From: Amoebidium appalachense
Taxonomy: Eukaryota; Protista; Ichthyosporea
Reading direction: 5' to 3'
NCBI GenBank assembly: GCA_963693365.1
Contig: CAVNZM010000013.1
Coordinates: 3,190,722 to 3,254,721, forward strand
Length of the DNA: 64,000 bases
Shown: one piece after another, positions 13,109-25,543 of the stretch
Position numbering within the stretch: position 1 is the stretch's first letter
How the letters are laid out: every line of letters starts with the position of its first letter
Notes under the pieces: model-generated
The model's input: the letters and a program-made list of their open reading frames with translations, nothing else
Databases searched by the model: none
What the model was told of the DNA's origin: nothing
Position numbers and translations under genes: made by a program

Positions 13109-13225
13109 CAAAATGCAATTTTATGAAACCATTAAAATAGGCTATTGACCGATGTTCCCCCCGCAGAGCTGGGCAAGACTCGACCCGACTACCAACCACT
13201 GCTCAAGGCCTACCAGTCGGTGTAG
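813..13225 (+). CDS. Multi-exon Tudor + C2H2 zinc finger + PHD finger chromatin reader (PHF20/PHF20L1-like architecture), 5' end outside the window
   Basis: Exons joined manually at GT/AG sites. C2H2 is split over 1854-1987 and ~3553-3730 (FCK|[22 protein letters not shown]). Tudor exon ~6776-6908 ([33 protein letters not shown]). PHD over ~8436-8537 and ~9275-9332 ([27 protein letters not shown]|[19 protein letters not shown]). Pro/Thr-rich exon 11653-12334 needs a 1-nt fix in the C-run at 11773-11780. Likely last exon 13167-13225 (TAG). Some internal exon boundaries are uncertain. Confidence 0.8.
931..1054 (+). mobile_element. Degenerate copy of the same element
   Basis: CCTCCGGGGGGATGGGCTC-GACTTATGATGC ... 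GCATTCTAAC. Confidence 0.5.
3358..3515 (+). mobile_element. Same element, subfamily A, 5'-truncated
   Basis: Matches 11145-11302. C-rich flanks; ends CATTCAAAC. Confidence 0.85.
4485..4647 (+). mobile_element. Degenerate copy of the same element
   Basis: GACTTGAGCCTCCCAGGAGGATGGGCTC, GCATACT, TGTGTCCTGCACC and TCTAAAC+poly-C. Confidence 0.6.
8694..8835 (+). mobile_element. Same element, subfamily A, 5'-truncated
   Basis: TTGGGCCCTCCCTGAGGATGGGCTC...ATTCAAAC between poly-C tracts. Confidence 0.85.
11030..11302 (+). mobile_element. Same element, subfamily A, near full length
   Basis: Highly similar to 61977-62247. Contains all predicted stems and core motifs; poly-C on both sides. Confidence 0.88.
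11322..11491 (+). mobile_element. Same element, subfamily B, truncated within 1 nt of the predicted cleavage site
   Basis: Starts T-GGGTTTCG directly after the poly-C tail of the preceding A copy; matches 101-270. Confidence 0.85.
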
Positions 13226-13227
13226 AT

Positions 13228-13266
<39 letters not shown>

Positions 13267-13345
13267 TATTTCCTACCACATTGAAATTTGCATCGGGGGA
13301 GGGGGGCGGATATTTTTCTTCGTACTGAGATGTGCATTGGCGGGG

Positions 13346-13380
<35 letters not shown>

Positions 13381-14037
13381 GGTTCTCTTCATAGTGAAAT
13401 TTGCATTTGGCTTCGTTTTGCTTCTAGCCAGTACACCATGTCTTTGTCGTGTTTCTAAATGAATGTTTTCGTTTTATCACAAATATAGACATTCGATTTT
13501 CTTTTTTCTTTTTTTTTTTTTTTGGTATGTTTGTATTTTAATATTGCTAAATGTTCACATACACCACTTCCCCTTACTTCCAAAGGCCTCGGCCGGGCCA
13601 CACGTTTGAAAACGAGAGAAAATGAACTGGAGATTTATGTCTGGGATTGGTATTAGTGTGTGGGTGGGGAAGTGGGTGCCTGGTAGAGTATGTTGGACTA
13701 TTCAGTGGTCTAGCAATACCGTTTGTTATTTTTTTGGTCCACAGTACCCTTTGGGGGGGGGGGGGGGGGGGGGGGGAGACTTTATGGGTTTTGTTTTGGG
13801 GTGGGGGGGGGGAGGAACCGGCGGCTTCAGTGAGAAAGAATACAATGATTGAAAGACGAATATAGGCTATGGGGCAGGCAAACAGCTACTGTGTGGCCAA
13901 ATAAATATGATCTTAGTACTGGGGGCAGACTGAGTCACCACGTGAGAGGCATATATGTAGAATGGTTTTAATAAGGGTGGAGGCGGGGGTGGTGTGGGAG
14001 GAGAGGTGTATGGGTGGGTGGGTGGGTGGGTGGGTGG

Positions 14038-14068
<31 letters not shown>

Positions 14069-14072
14069 ACGC

Positions 14073-14149
<77 letters not shown>

Positions 14150-14157
<8 letters not shown>

Positions 14158-14335
14158 CGGCAGTGAGAGTGTGAGTGTGTGTGTGGTGGGCCACGGTCTG
14201 TGTTTGGTGTGTGTGTGTGTGATTGTGTGGTGTGTGTGTGTGTGTGTGTGTGTGTGAGCGGCAGTGGGAGTGTGAGTGTGTGTGTGGTGGGCCACGGTCT
14301 GTGTTTGGTGTGTGTGTGTGTGATTGTGTGGTGTG
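14150..14335. repeat. Tandem duplication within a (TG)n tract
   Basis: GTGAGCGGCAGTG.GAGTGTGAG...GGGCCACGGTCTGTGTTTGG...GATTGTGTGG twice. Confidence 0.85.
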
Positions 14336-14364
14336 TGTGTGTGTGTGTGTGTGTGTGTGACTGT

Positions 14365-14412
<48 letters not shown>

Positions 14413-14517
14413 CGGCGCCGGGCCATGGTCTGTGTGGTGTGTGTGTGTGACTGTGTGTGTGTGTGACTGTGTGTGGGTGTGTGTGTGTGTGCGTGTGTGC
14501 GGGCGCGTGTGCGTGCA

Positions 14518-14552
<35 letters not shown>

Positions 14553-14670
14553 ACGTGCAAGCATGTGTGTGTGTGTGTGCCTGTGTGTGTGTGTGCGTAC
14601 ATGTGTGTCTGTGTGGGCACACGCATGCATGTGTCAGTGTGTGTGTGTGTGCGTGCGTGCGTGCATGGGC

Positions 14671-14701
<31 letters not shown>

Positions 14702-14854
14702 TGTGTGTGTCGTCCCTAGGTGGGTGCTGGGAATGCTTTTGCCAGAGAACCAATGGGATGTGCATGTGCGCACAGTTTCCACGCGTACGGGCTAGAGTTT
14801 TGATTGCTTCGACCATCAGCACGGTGTGGTGGGGTACATGCATGCCATGTGTAG

Positions 14855-14921
<67 letters not shown>

Positions 14922-14998
14922 CTGTGCACGTGTTTGTGGGGAGGAGGTGGGGAGAGGGGGGGAGGAGGGGAGGGAGAGAGGCCGAGGGGGGGGGGGAC

Positions 14999-15039
<41 letters not shown>

Positions 15040-15528
15040 GGGGGGGAGGGGGGGGGGGGCTTGCTCTCGGTAATTATGATTTAGCTTTTTATATATACAC
15101 CGACTTGGTAAAAGTGCCGTTTGGATCCACCAGTGAGACCAAAGGCTATAAATAACGGCCAATCAGCACAGGCGGTGCACTGCGCTTTGCTACAGCATAG
15201 CTATGCCTAAGCTATTTACATGTACATATAGACAAAACATAGAAACACCACTATCAATTACTTACCCCATAGTATCCGATTATGTGTCTATATTTATATA
15301 TCAGCAGTTAGAAATTGCAGAAATTGCAGTGTTTGCAATGACTGCAAACGAATACAAATCAACAACCAAAAAAGATATATCAGTCATACCTCAAAAATCC
15401 GGCATATGTTCATACCTAAAACTACAACATGCCTTCAAGTTTTCAGACTTTTATACCATCCCGTATGTACCCCATTTTTGGAAACTTGCCATACTTAGAA
15501 ACTTGCCATATTTAAAAACTCCGCATTT

Positions 15529-18500
15529 CTACGCCATGGCAAAGTTGGCCTGGACGGTGGCACCGGCAGAGAGACCAACCGATTTCTTCGCCTCAGAGTC
15601 GTACGCCCTCACGATGACATCATAAGTTCCAGTGGCGACGTTCGAAATTGCGTAATTTCCAATCGCGTCAGTGGTCGTCTTTGCGATCACGGTGCCGGCG
15701 GCATCCACAACCTCCACATCGGCGCCTCTAATCGAACTCTCACCCACATCGTGCACCCCGTTCTTATTCTCGTCACTGAACACCTTTCCTTGCACCGTTG
15801 CCTTGGTTGGGTCAGCGGGTGTGTCGGGGTTTGTTGCGAGCAGATCGCGGAAATTGGGCTCCGCATATCTCCCCGTCGCCTCCGGATAGATGGCCGATTG
15901 CTCGGGAGTGGGCGGCTTTGGCTTGGGAGTCAGGCCTGTGTCGTCATCCGGGGGGTTGTCCCCGACTTGGTCTGCCGGCACAGTTGGATTTATGGGTGTT
16001 GGGCGGGGCCGTGGCGTAAGACCAACATCCTCGCTGGGAACCGGAGAAGAGACTTGGTTGTTGGGAGGGTACATGGTGGGTGGAGTCGTTTCGCCAGAGG
16101 ACGGCGTGGGCTTGGGCTTGGGTGTTAGACCAACGCTTTCGCTGGGAACAGGGGTGGAAACTTGGTCCGCGGGCGGGATCGGCGTTGGTGACGTGGGTGT
16201 TTCACCAGGAGTGGGCGTAGGCTTGGGCTTCGCGGGCGGGATCGGCGTTGGTGACGTGGGTGTTTCACCAGGAGTGGGCGTAGGCTTGGGCTTCGGCGTT
16301 AACCCAACACTTTCGCTGGGGACAGGGATGGAAACCTGGTCGGCGGGAGGGGCCGTTCCCGGAGGTGGTGTTGTTCCACTTGCCGGTGGTGTGCCTGAGG
16401 CTGTCGTAGGGCCAGGGGGCGTGTCGGCAGGTGTAGAGGGTTTGGGCACGAGCGTCGCTGGTGGCTGGCTGGGGACCGGTTGCGTGACTTGGTCGTTGGG
16501 TGGGTTTGCTGTTATGGATGGTGAGGTTAGTTGCAGTGATAGCGGGTGGGTGGCTAGACTCTCTGGGGTGAAGTGAGATTGCTACATCATGCGAGTGTGA
16601 GATGAGGGTTGAAAGGCACCGAGGAGACCGGTAGGGAGGGGAGGAGCGGGGACGGGGGGGAGGGGGAGGGGGGAGGGGGGGAGGGGGGGGGGAGATTGCT
16701 AATGTGGCTTCAGTCCTGGGTGTTTGCAAACAAGTAACGGTTATCGTAGCAAGAGGGGGGAGGGGGGAGGAGGGGCTTACGTGTTGGTGTTGGTGCTGGT
16801 GGCGGGCTGGGAGATGGTGCGGGTGATGGCTGGGGAGCAGGTGTGGTTGGTGGTGCCGGTGTCGGTGCAGGTGGCGGCGGCGGTGTGGGCGTGGGTGGGG
16901 GAGGTGGGGTTGGCGTGGGTGGTGGTGGCGGAGTGGGTGTTGGTGGTGGTGGCGGGGTAGGCGTTGGTGGTGGTGGCGGGGTAGGTGTAGGTGGCGGTGG
17001 CGGGGTAGGCGTAGGTGGCGGTGGCGGGGTAGGTGTAGGTGGCGGTGGCGGGGTGGGGGTTGGTGGGGGTGGCGGGGTGGGTGTAGGTGGCGGTGGCGGG
17101 GTGGGTGTAGGTGGGGGTGGCGGGGGTGGGGGTTGGTGGGGGTGGCGGGGTAGGCGTTGGCGGGGGTGGCGGGGTGGGTGTAGGTGGCGGTGGCGGGGTG
17201 GGTGTAGGTGGCGGTGGCGGGGTGGGTGTAGGTGGCGGTGGCGGGGTGGGGGTTGGCGGTGGTGGTGGGGTGGGGGTTGGCGGTGGTGGTGGGGTGGGAG
17301 TTGGCGGTGGCGGCGGGGTGGGAGTTGGCGGTGGCGGCACCGGCGTTGTAGTGGTGGTTGTTGTTGTTGAATCGGGAGGTGCCGTTTTCGTGGTTGTGAT
17401 GGTGGTGGAGGTAGTGGTAGGTGGCGGGGGAGTGGTGGTTGTTGTCGGTGGTGGCACAGATGATGAATTGGGAGGTGCCGTTTTCGTGGTTGTGGTGGTG
17501 GTGGTGGTAGTGGTAGGTGGCGGGGGAGTGGTGGTTGTTGTCGGTGGTGGCACAGATGCCCTGAACCCAAAGTTGAATTCGTAAATGTCACCCGTCTTGC
17601 GAACCGCCGCTCTGGGATACAGGTGGGTAGAAAATCCCTTGGAATAGTCACCTTTAAATTCGGTAGGAACAGTCGAATTAACCAATCGGATAGTGTAGTT
17701 GGCCGGGGCTAGCATGCCCTTAAACGAGAAATCACCGTTTGCGTCCGTCGTGGTGGTTTGTGCGACCTTTCCAGTCGAATCCACCAACTCAACACCGACG
17801 TCGGGGAACAAACGATCGCCATCAGACGGCATGTTGTCGACATCCTTATCTTCAAACACTGTACCACGGATCGTTGGCGTACCGGGCGGCACAACCCAGA
17901 AATCGATCCGATCTACCGGCGCCTGGGGGGTGATCTGTCCCTGCTTGAGGAAATCATCGGCGGGCTTGACCTCGCGCCGTTTGAAAATAATCTTGTCCGG
18001 TACCTCAGACCATTTCACCTGTCAGGGGATGGGCATGAGTTAGCAATTGCCCCAACACAGAGATTTTTTTTTCCCGCAAACAGTGACCACATGGAAAATG
18101 GCATAATGATATTGATGATGAGATGCAGTGAATTTGAAAAAAGGGACAGGGTGGAGGGGGGAAACGCGTGGAGTGCGGTGTGTGTGTGTTGGGGGGGGGG
18201 GGGGGGGGGGGGGGGAGGGGGGGGTAAGTGCAGGGAAAGGCGGGGATTGATGGGGGGGGGGGGGGGGGGAGGATAGGGGGGGGGGGGGTCGAATAAGCAA
18301 ACATACCCAATAGACCCCGAACTGCAAGTCCGGGAACACATACTGGCCCATATTTGTGGTCTTGGTGGTGTTGACGACAACCTGCTGACTTTCATCCAAT
18401 AGGAGGAGGGTCTGGTTGGCAATACCGACATCCGTCTTGTCCAGCTGACCATTGTCGTTGAAGTCGACAAAGACGTTACCCCAGATCAGACCCAGTTCCT

Positions 18501-20069
18501 TGGGCACCACCAGGCACACAACGAAATCCTGATCGGGGATATCCTTCCCGACGAAATTCACGTTCGTGATCACCGCGGAGGCAACTTGGATGCTCTCGTT
18601 AAAGGTAGTCGAGTCCATCTTGATCGAGTACACACCAATGTCGACATCCTTAAAGATGTACGAGCCCGTGCCGTTGGTGAGCCGCTCGGAGACCACCTTC
18701 CCGTCAGATTTCCTAACAAGGCTAATCTTGATGTTGGGCACGCGCTCCGAGTCAGGTCCCTTAACGCAGTTCTCGGCCAACCAAACGGTACCGGAAATGT
18801 CGCCGGCCTGACGGTAGAAGAAGGTGAACTCCTTCCTCTCTCCCGCCTGGACCGTCAAAACCTGCGAACCGGTGTTGTTTGCCAGAGGAATATACTGCTC
18901 ACCCACAGTGTCCTTGACAACACGCACAGTGTAGGTGCCCGGGGCAAGCTCGAGGAAAAGCGTGTTACCCGTTGCGTCCGTGGGCTTAACGGTCTTGACC
19001 ACGCCGTCCGAACCGACCAACTCGATCGAAATCGCGCTAATCGGGATGTAGCGATCGGGTCCGTCGATGCGCATGTCCTCGATCGTGTACACGGAGATCG
19101 AAGCTGGGGGTTGGGGAGGGGGTGTAAAGAACCCGTAATCGATATCCGTAATCACGGTCTTGACGATTGTCACCGTAGCGACACCAGCCACGGAACCGAC
19201 CGGGACCAGCGTCGGCTTCATGGGCATGGGCAACGTTTTCTCGTCAACGTCAACGGAATAATTTCCGGGAGGAACATTCAACAGTGAATAGAAACCCTTA
19301 GAGTCCGTCGTAAGCTTCACGGGGGCCGCCTGGCGTCGTGACCACCACGGTGACGTTCGGGATTCCGGGCTCTCCAGCATCGAACTTGTTGTTGTTGTTG
19401 GTGTCGTTGAAGACGGTACCGGAGAGACCACCTTGGTAGAAGTAGGCAAAGTCGGCCTCTGCGGTTTTGTTTGCAACGACGGTGACAGACGCCTTGCCGT
19501 CGAGGGGAGCCGTCGGGTCGAACCGCAGAACATAGCCGGTGGGGACCGAAGTAGAGTCGATTTCCACCGAGTACTTTCCCGGAACCAAGTCGGTAAAGTC
19601 GAAGGTACCGTTGGTGTTGGTGGTCGTGGTGGCAATCACCTTGCCCTGAGGGGGGGAGCTCGGGTTAGTGGTGTGATGTGATGTTTGGGAAAGAAATGGT
19701 ACAAGGGAGGTATGATCAGAGAGGGTGAAGGTGTTTGAAAGAAAGGTTGAAAGTGTTAGGGGAAAAAAAGGGTGAAAGTGTTTGAATATAGAGGGTGAAC
19801 AGGGAGGTTCGGGGGAAGTGGGAGGCTGTGTGCAAATGTAGATATGGGATTAATGGGGAATGAGGGGACAGGTGGAGAGGGCACGGGCTTTGGGGGGGAG
19901 GGGGAGGGGGGGGGGGGGGGGGGGAGCATATTTTTTGAACTCAAACTTGGCGAAGATAGGGAACGTGTGTGTGGGTAGGAATAGAGGACGATAAGGGAGA
20001 GATGTGTGTGTGTGTGCGTGTGTGTGTGTGCGCGCGCGCGTGTGTGTGTGCAATTTGTGAGAGTCTTTT

Positions 20070-20119
<50 letters not shown>

Positions 20120-21881
20120 CTACATTCGAGTCCAACAGGTTGACCTTGACGTTTGGAATGGGGGGCTTGGTCTTGTCGATTGTGCCATTTTCAATCACAT
20201 CCTGCTCCACCACCATACCGATGATGTTGCCTAGCAACGGTTTGAATGCCCAGTCGATGTCGTACAGCGACTTGTCGACAATCTGTGATTTGGGTTCCAG
20301 ATATGTTTTGGATGAAGGGAGGAGCAAGTAAAGGGGAGGATGGTGGTGGTTGGAGGGGGAGGGGGAGGGGGGAGGGGAAGGGTGGAGGAAGGGGATGGGA
20401 GGGATAGGGGGAAGGGAGGGGGGTGAGTAAGGGAACAGGGTGGAGATGGGGAGGAGGTTGGGTGGAATGGGGATGAGTGCCATTGTGTGGGTTTGTGTGT
20501 ACGTTGTCCGGGGGGAAGGGGAAGGGGGGGGGGGAGGGGGGGGGGGATGGGAAGGGAACGGCAAAGGTTGGGGGCACAATGAGTACAGTGTTGACAGATT
20601 AAAACAACTTGCATGTACAGTCATGCTATGTAGGACGGGATTGGCTGAACAGAGGTGGCTACAGCTCTTGAGTACAAAACTAAGCAAGCGTGTTCATGGC
20701 CGCAGACTCAGTTCTAAGTTGAAAGAGGAAGAAGATACGAGGAGGGTGGGGGGGGGGGGGAGGGGGGGGGAGGGAGGAGAAGGGGGGGGGGAGGGGAGGG
20801 GAGAGGGAGGGAGGGGAGAGGGAGGGAGGGGAGGGGGAGGGAGGGGGAGGGGGAGGGGAAGCAATCACCTTCACTGTAGCAACACCGTCAAGTGCCCCAG
20901 CAGGCTCGAGAGACACCGCCAAGTCAGCGGGTACCGTGGAATCCACAACATCAATCTTGTACGTGCCGGGGGCCAAGAAAAGCCACTCGTAAATACCAGA
21001 TTTGTTGGTGACGGCATCGGGAAGAAACGCGCCGCTAAGTTTCAGAGTAACTCCTGACAGGAGCGTGTCTCCCTCGTCGAAAACTTGGTTTCCGTTCGCG
21101 TCTTTGAACACTTTTCCCGTTATGTTGTACAGGTACTTGTAAGCAAACGACGCTTCGGAGGTGCCGTTTCCGATGATCATACGGGTCACACCCAAACCCT
21201 TGGTTGTGGCATCGGAGTCGAAGGAAAACTTGAGATGCTCAGGGATCTCTGATTCGTTGAGCTGTGGTTTTTGATCAAGTTGACGAAGAGAGGGGTGAAG
21301 GAGGAGGGGGACCAAGGGGGGGGGGGGGGGGGGGGGGGAGGAGGGGTTGGGGAGGTGATGGGGGAGGGAGTGGGGTGGTGGAAGGGGGGTGGGTGGGTGG
21401 GTGGGGGGGGGAGGGGAGGGGGGATGGGGACAAATGTGGGATGTGTGTATGTGTGTGTAGGAGTTGAGGGAAGGTTAACGTTTGGGATTGGTGGATGTGA
21501 GAGGGGAAGGGTGTTACTAAATAGAAAACTGCAAGATACAATATTGTAGGGTTGTCTCAGCTGGTGTTATGCATGTGTGGGTGCTACAATTTTCCGTGCA
21601 GCGTGTGTGTGGTGTGCACGTGTGTGTCTGTGCCTGTGCATGTGTTTTTTGTGTGTGTGTGTTGGTGTGTACGCACGTGCATGTGTGTGTGCTGTGTGTG
21701 TCTGTCCGTGTGTGCCTCTGTAGACGTGTTGAGTGAGAAGAACCATTTTTACTGTCTATGCTTCTGTCAAACCGTGAGTGCATCTTTCGCATATGTAAAG
21801 CAGTTTACAACGAGAATTCCTATGCATGATGTGCCCATGATGGTCAAAAACTGAAAATCGTGTGTGTGTGCGTTTGTGTGT

Positions 21882-21968
<87 letters not shown>

Positions 21969-24900
21969 GGGGGAGGGGAGGGCGGGAGGTGAAGGGAAAG
22001 AAGGGGAAAAGGGAGGAGGCGCAGAGAAGTTAAAAAGGAGACATACCGTGACAAAGTACCGCCAGTCATAAATGGTGGGGTTCAAATTGGTGAACAGATA
22101 GCTCCCGTTCGCGTCTGTTTTCATCGTCTTCAGCACCTCACCCGTGTCATTCCTCTTCAGGAATATCGTCACACCGGGGATCGGCTCATCATCGGGGTTG
22201 AACTTGAATTTCGGGTTCCTGTCTATCACCACACGACCGTAAATACCGCCCTGCATGACGTAAATGAAGTCGACGTGATTGATGTTTGCGTTAGCGGTGG
22301 TCAACGCGACGTTGTTTGCGAAATTGTCCGGGGTTCCATCCCAATCTTGAATGCAAGAGACATAGGAATAGATGGTGTCGGTGTCGACGGCGACTCTGTA
22401 CGTCGAAAGTGGGACGCTGGTAAAATTGTAAGCGCCGTTTTCGTCCGTGATCGTCTTGGCCACCTGCTTGTTGCTCTTTTGGTCAAAGAGATACATGGTC
22501 GCCCCCTTGAGGGTGATGTTTGCCTCAATACCCGTGTCACGTGCGCTGATCCACAGACTACCGGAAATGTTCCCCACGATGGGCTCAGGGGGCGCTGTGG
22601 GAGTGGTGGTGGTGATGGTGGTGGTGGTGGTGGGCGGCGGTGGCGGCGGGGTGGTGGGGGGTGGTGGCGGCGGGGTAGTAGTAGGGCCCGGTGGTGGTGG
22701 CGGGGTCGTTGTGGGTGGTGGTGGTGGCGGGGTGGTAGTTGGCGGCGGTGGCGGCGGGGTGGTGGTAGGTGGTGGTGGTGGTGGAGTGGTGGTGGGCGGT
22801 GGTGGCGGGGTCGTTGTGGGTGGTGGTGGTGGCGGGGTGGTAGTTGGCGGAGGTGGCGGCGGGGTGGTAGTTGGAGGCGGTGGCGGCGGGGTAGTGGTGG
22901 GTGGTGGTGGTGGTGGAGTGGTGGTGGGTGGTGGTGGTGGCAGGGTGGTGGTGGGCGGGGGCGGGGGCGGCGTAGTCGTGGTGGTAGTGATTGGATCCGG
23001 TGGTGGAGTGGTGGTAGGTGGTGGTGGTGGTGGTGGTGGGGTAGTAGTAGGGCCCGGTGGTGGTGGCGGGGTCGTTATGGGTGGTGGTGGTGGCGGGGTG
23101 GTAGTTGGCGGCGGTGGCGGCGGGGTGGTGGTAGGTGGTGGTGGTGGTGGAGTGGTGGTGGGCGGTGGTGGCGGGGTCGTTGTGGGTGGTGGTGATGGCG
23201 GGGTGGTAGTTGGCGGAGGTGGCGGCGGGGTGGTAGTTGGATGCGGTGGCGGCGGGGTGGTAGTTGGAGGCGGTGGCGGCGGGGTAGTGGTGGGTGGTGG
23301 TGGTGGTGGCAGGGTGGTGGTGGGCGGGGGCGGGGGCGGCGTAGTCGTGGTGGTAGTGATTGGATCCGGTGGTGGAGTGGTGGTAGGTGGTGGTGGTGGT
23401 GGTGGTGGGGTAGTAGTACTAGTAGGTGGTGGTGGTGGCTGAGTAGTAGTGGGTGGGGGGGGTGGTGGGGTGGTGGTAGGTGGTGGTGGTGGCTGAGTAG
23501 TAGTGGATGGTGGGGGTGGTGGGGTGGTGGTAGGTGGTGGCGGGGGGGGAGTAGTGGTAGGTGGTGGTGGTGGTGGCGTGGTGGTGGGTGGTGGTGGTGG
23601 CGGGGGCGGTATTGGTGGTGGGAGTGGTGGTGGTGGTGGTTGTAGGCTTCTTACGGTAAGCAAACGATGCCTGGTTGGGCCCAAAAGCAATAATCTTGCT
23701 GTCGATAACCTCCTTCATGGTCTTTGCATCGGAATCGTAGAATGGCTTCACGTCGTTGAGGGAGAGATTATCGACCTGCTTATCGATCTGTGTGCAAACA
23801 GATTTTTAATTAGTCAAAGTAGATCCACCAATGCGGGTGCAAAAGCTACCCAACTAAGTGGGTGAGGCAAAACTCTCAAAACTACGAACGTGCATCATAT
23901 GTGTAGCCAGTGGTGGCATCGTCTTTTCAAAACAACATTATAGGGGCCCTTGCATGACAAGCAATAATCTTTCTTTCACAAGTCAACCCCAAAATAGGAA
24001 GACATTGGGCATACAGTATTATCTATCCCTCTCTGCCTCACATTCTCTCATCCTACCAAATGATAACGTTGCTCCTAGTGACCGTTTGCATGACATTTTA
24101 GGAAGAGGGGAGAGGAGAGAGAAAGGAGCTGGGAGGAAAGGGGGAGGAGGAGAGGATGGGAGAGAGGGGGAGGGGGAGTGGAAGGGGGGAAGGGGGGGGG
24201 GGGGGGGGAGGGGGGGGGGGTAATTAATACCATCAGGGTGTAGTCAGTTGGGTCAAGGTTGTCGAACCGATACTCTCCCTTTGCATCTGTCACCGCCGTG
24301 GCGAGGGGGGGCCCTGTGAGCTGGTCCTTTTTGTAGAGTTTAATCGTCACTCCGGGAAGCATCCTATCTGCGTCGGTAATTTTCCCAAGTCCGACCGTAT
24401 CTTCCACCGTACGTCCCCAGATGCTGCCCTGGCCCATGTAGCCAAAATCAACCGCCGTTTTCGTTTCGCCGTTCGCAACGGTCACCTTGCAAGTCCCGTC
24501 TCCGGAACCTGCCGGCGAATCAGAGTCTACCCATGGACGGGTGCTCGTCGGCGTTTCCACCTTAATTTCGTAATTGCCGGCTGGAACATTCGAGAAGGTA
24601 TACAAACCGTTTGAATCGGTGGTTACCGTCGCCTTGACGGCGCCGTTTTGGAGCAGCTGGACTTGGGTTCCCGGGAATGTTTTGATGGTGTCTTGGCGGG
24701 TGGCAATCATGTCCGTTTGGATCGTACCGGTGATGGTGGCTGGGGCCCCTGTGTCCACCGTGGCGGCCTGTGCGTTTTTTTGCGTAAGTACGTGTATGTT
24801 TGTGTGTGTTCGCGGACGTGTGCATGCCGAGTGCACAGGAGGGAGGGACGTGACTGCGCGGAAATCTTAGAAAGCGAGGGAAGGGAAGGGAGAGGGTGTG

Positions 24901-25069
24901 GGGTGTGGGAGGGTGGGGGGGGGGGTTTGAATGCGGAACACGGTACGAAGTACGCATACACGATGAGAAGCATGGTGCAGGACACATGCAAAGGCAAACA
25001 TTCAAGTATGCAACATCATCCATGCGCACAGTATGCGTCATAAGCAGAGCCCATCCTCAGGGTGAGGGT

Positions 25070-25155
<86 letters not shown>

Positions 25156-25176
25156 CTCGGGGAAGGGGGGGGGGGG

Positions 25177-25236
<60 letters not shown>

Positions 25237-25350
25237 GGAGGGAGAGAGGGAGAGAGAGAGAGGAGAGACTCGCGGAAGGGGGGGGGGGGGGACTATATAT
25301 ATATACATATATATATATATGTATACATATATATATATATATATATATAG

Positions 25351-25383
<33 letters not shown>

Positions 25384-25511
25384 GGGGAGAGAGAGAGAGA
25401 GAGAGAGAGAAGCAATACTGGTGACAAACCATTTGAATATAGGGTGGATTGAGAGAGGGAGGGAGAGAGAGTGAGAGAGAGTGAGAAGCAATACTGGAGA
25501 GAGGGAGAGAG

Positions 25512-25543
<32 letters not shown>

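Noticed and set aside
13862-15207. Possible insertion bounded by ATAG(G)CTATG
   Set aside because: Only a short imperfect repeat and a 5-bp inverted match; no convincing TIR or TSD.
17120-23625. Three frameshifts in the SdrD-B gene (17122-17126, 19321-19325, 23620-23622), plus one at 11773-11780 in the PHD gene, read as pseudogenisation or programmed frameshifting
   Set aside because: Each is a 1-nt difference in a G/C homopolymer, and flanking coding sequence and splice sites are intact. This is most simply a long-read homopolymer error; short reads are needed to confirm.
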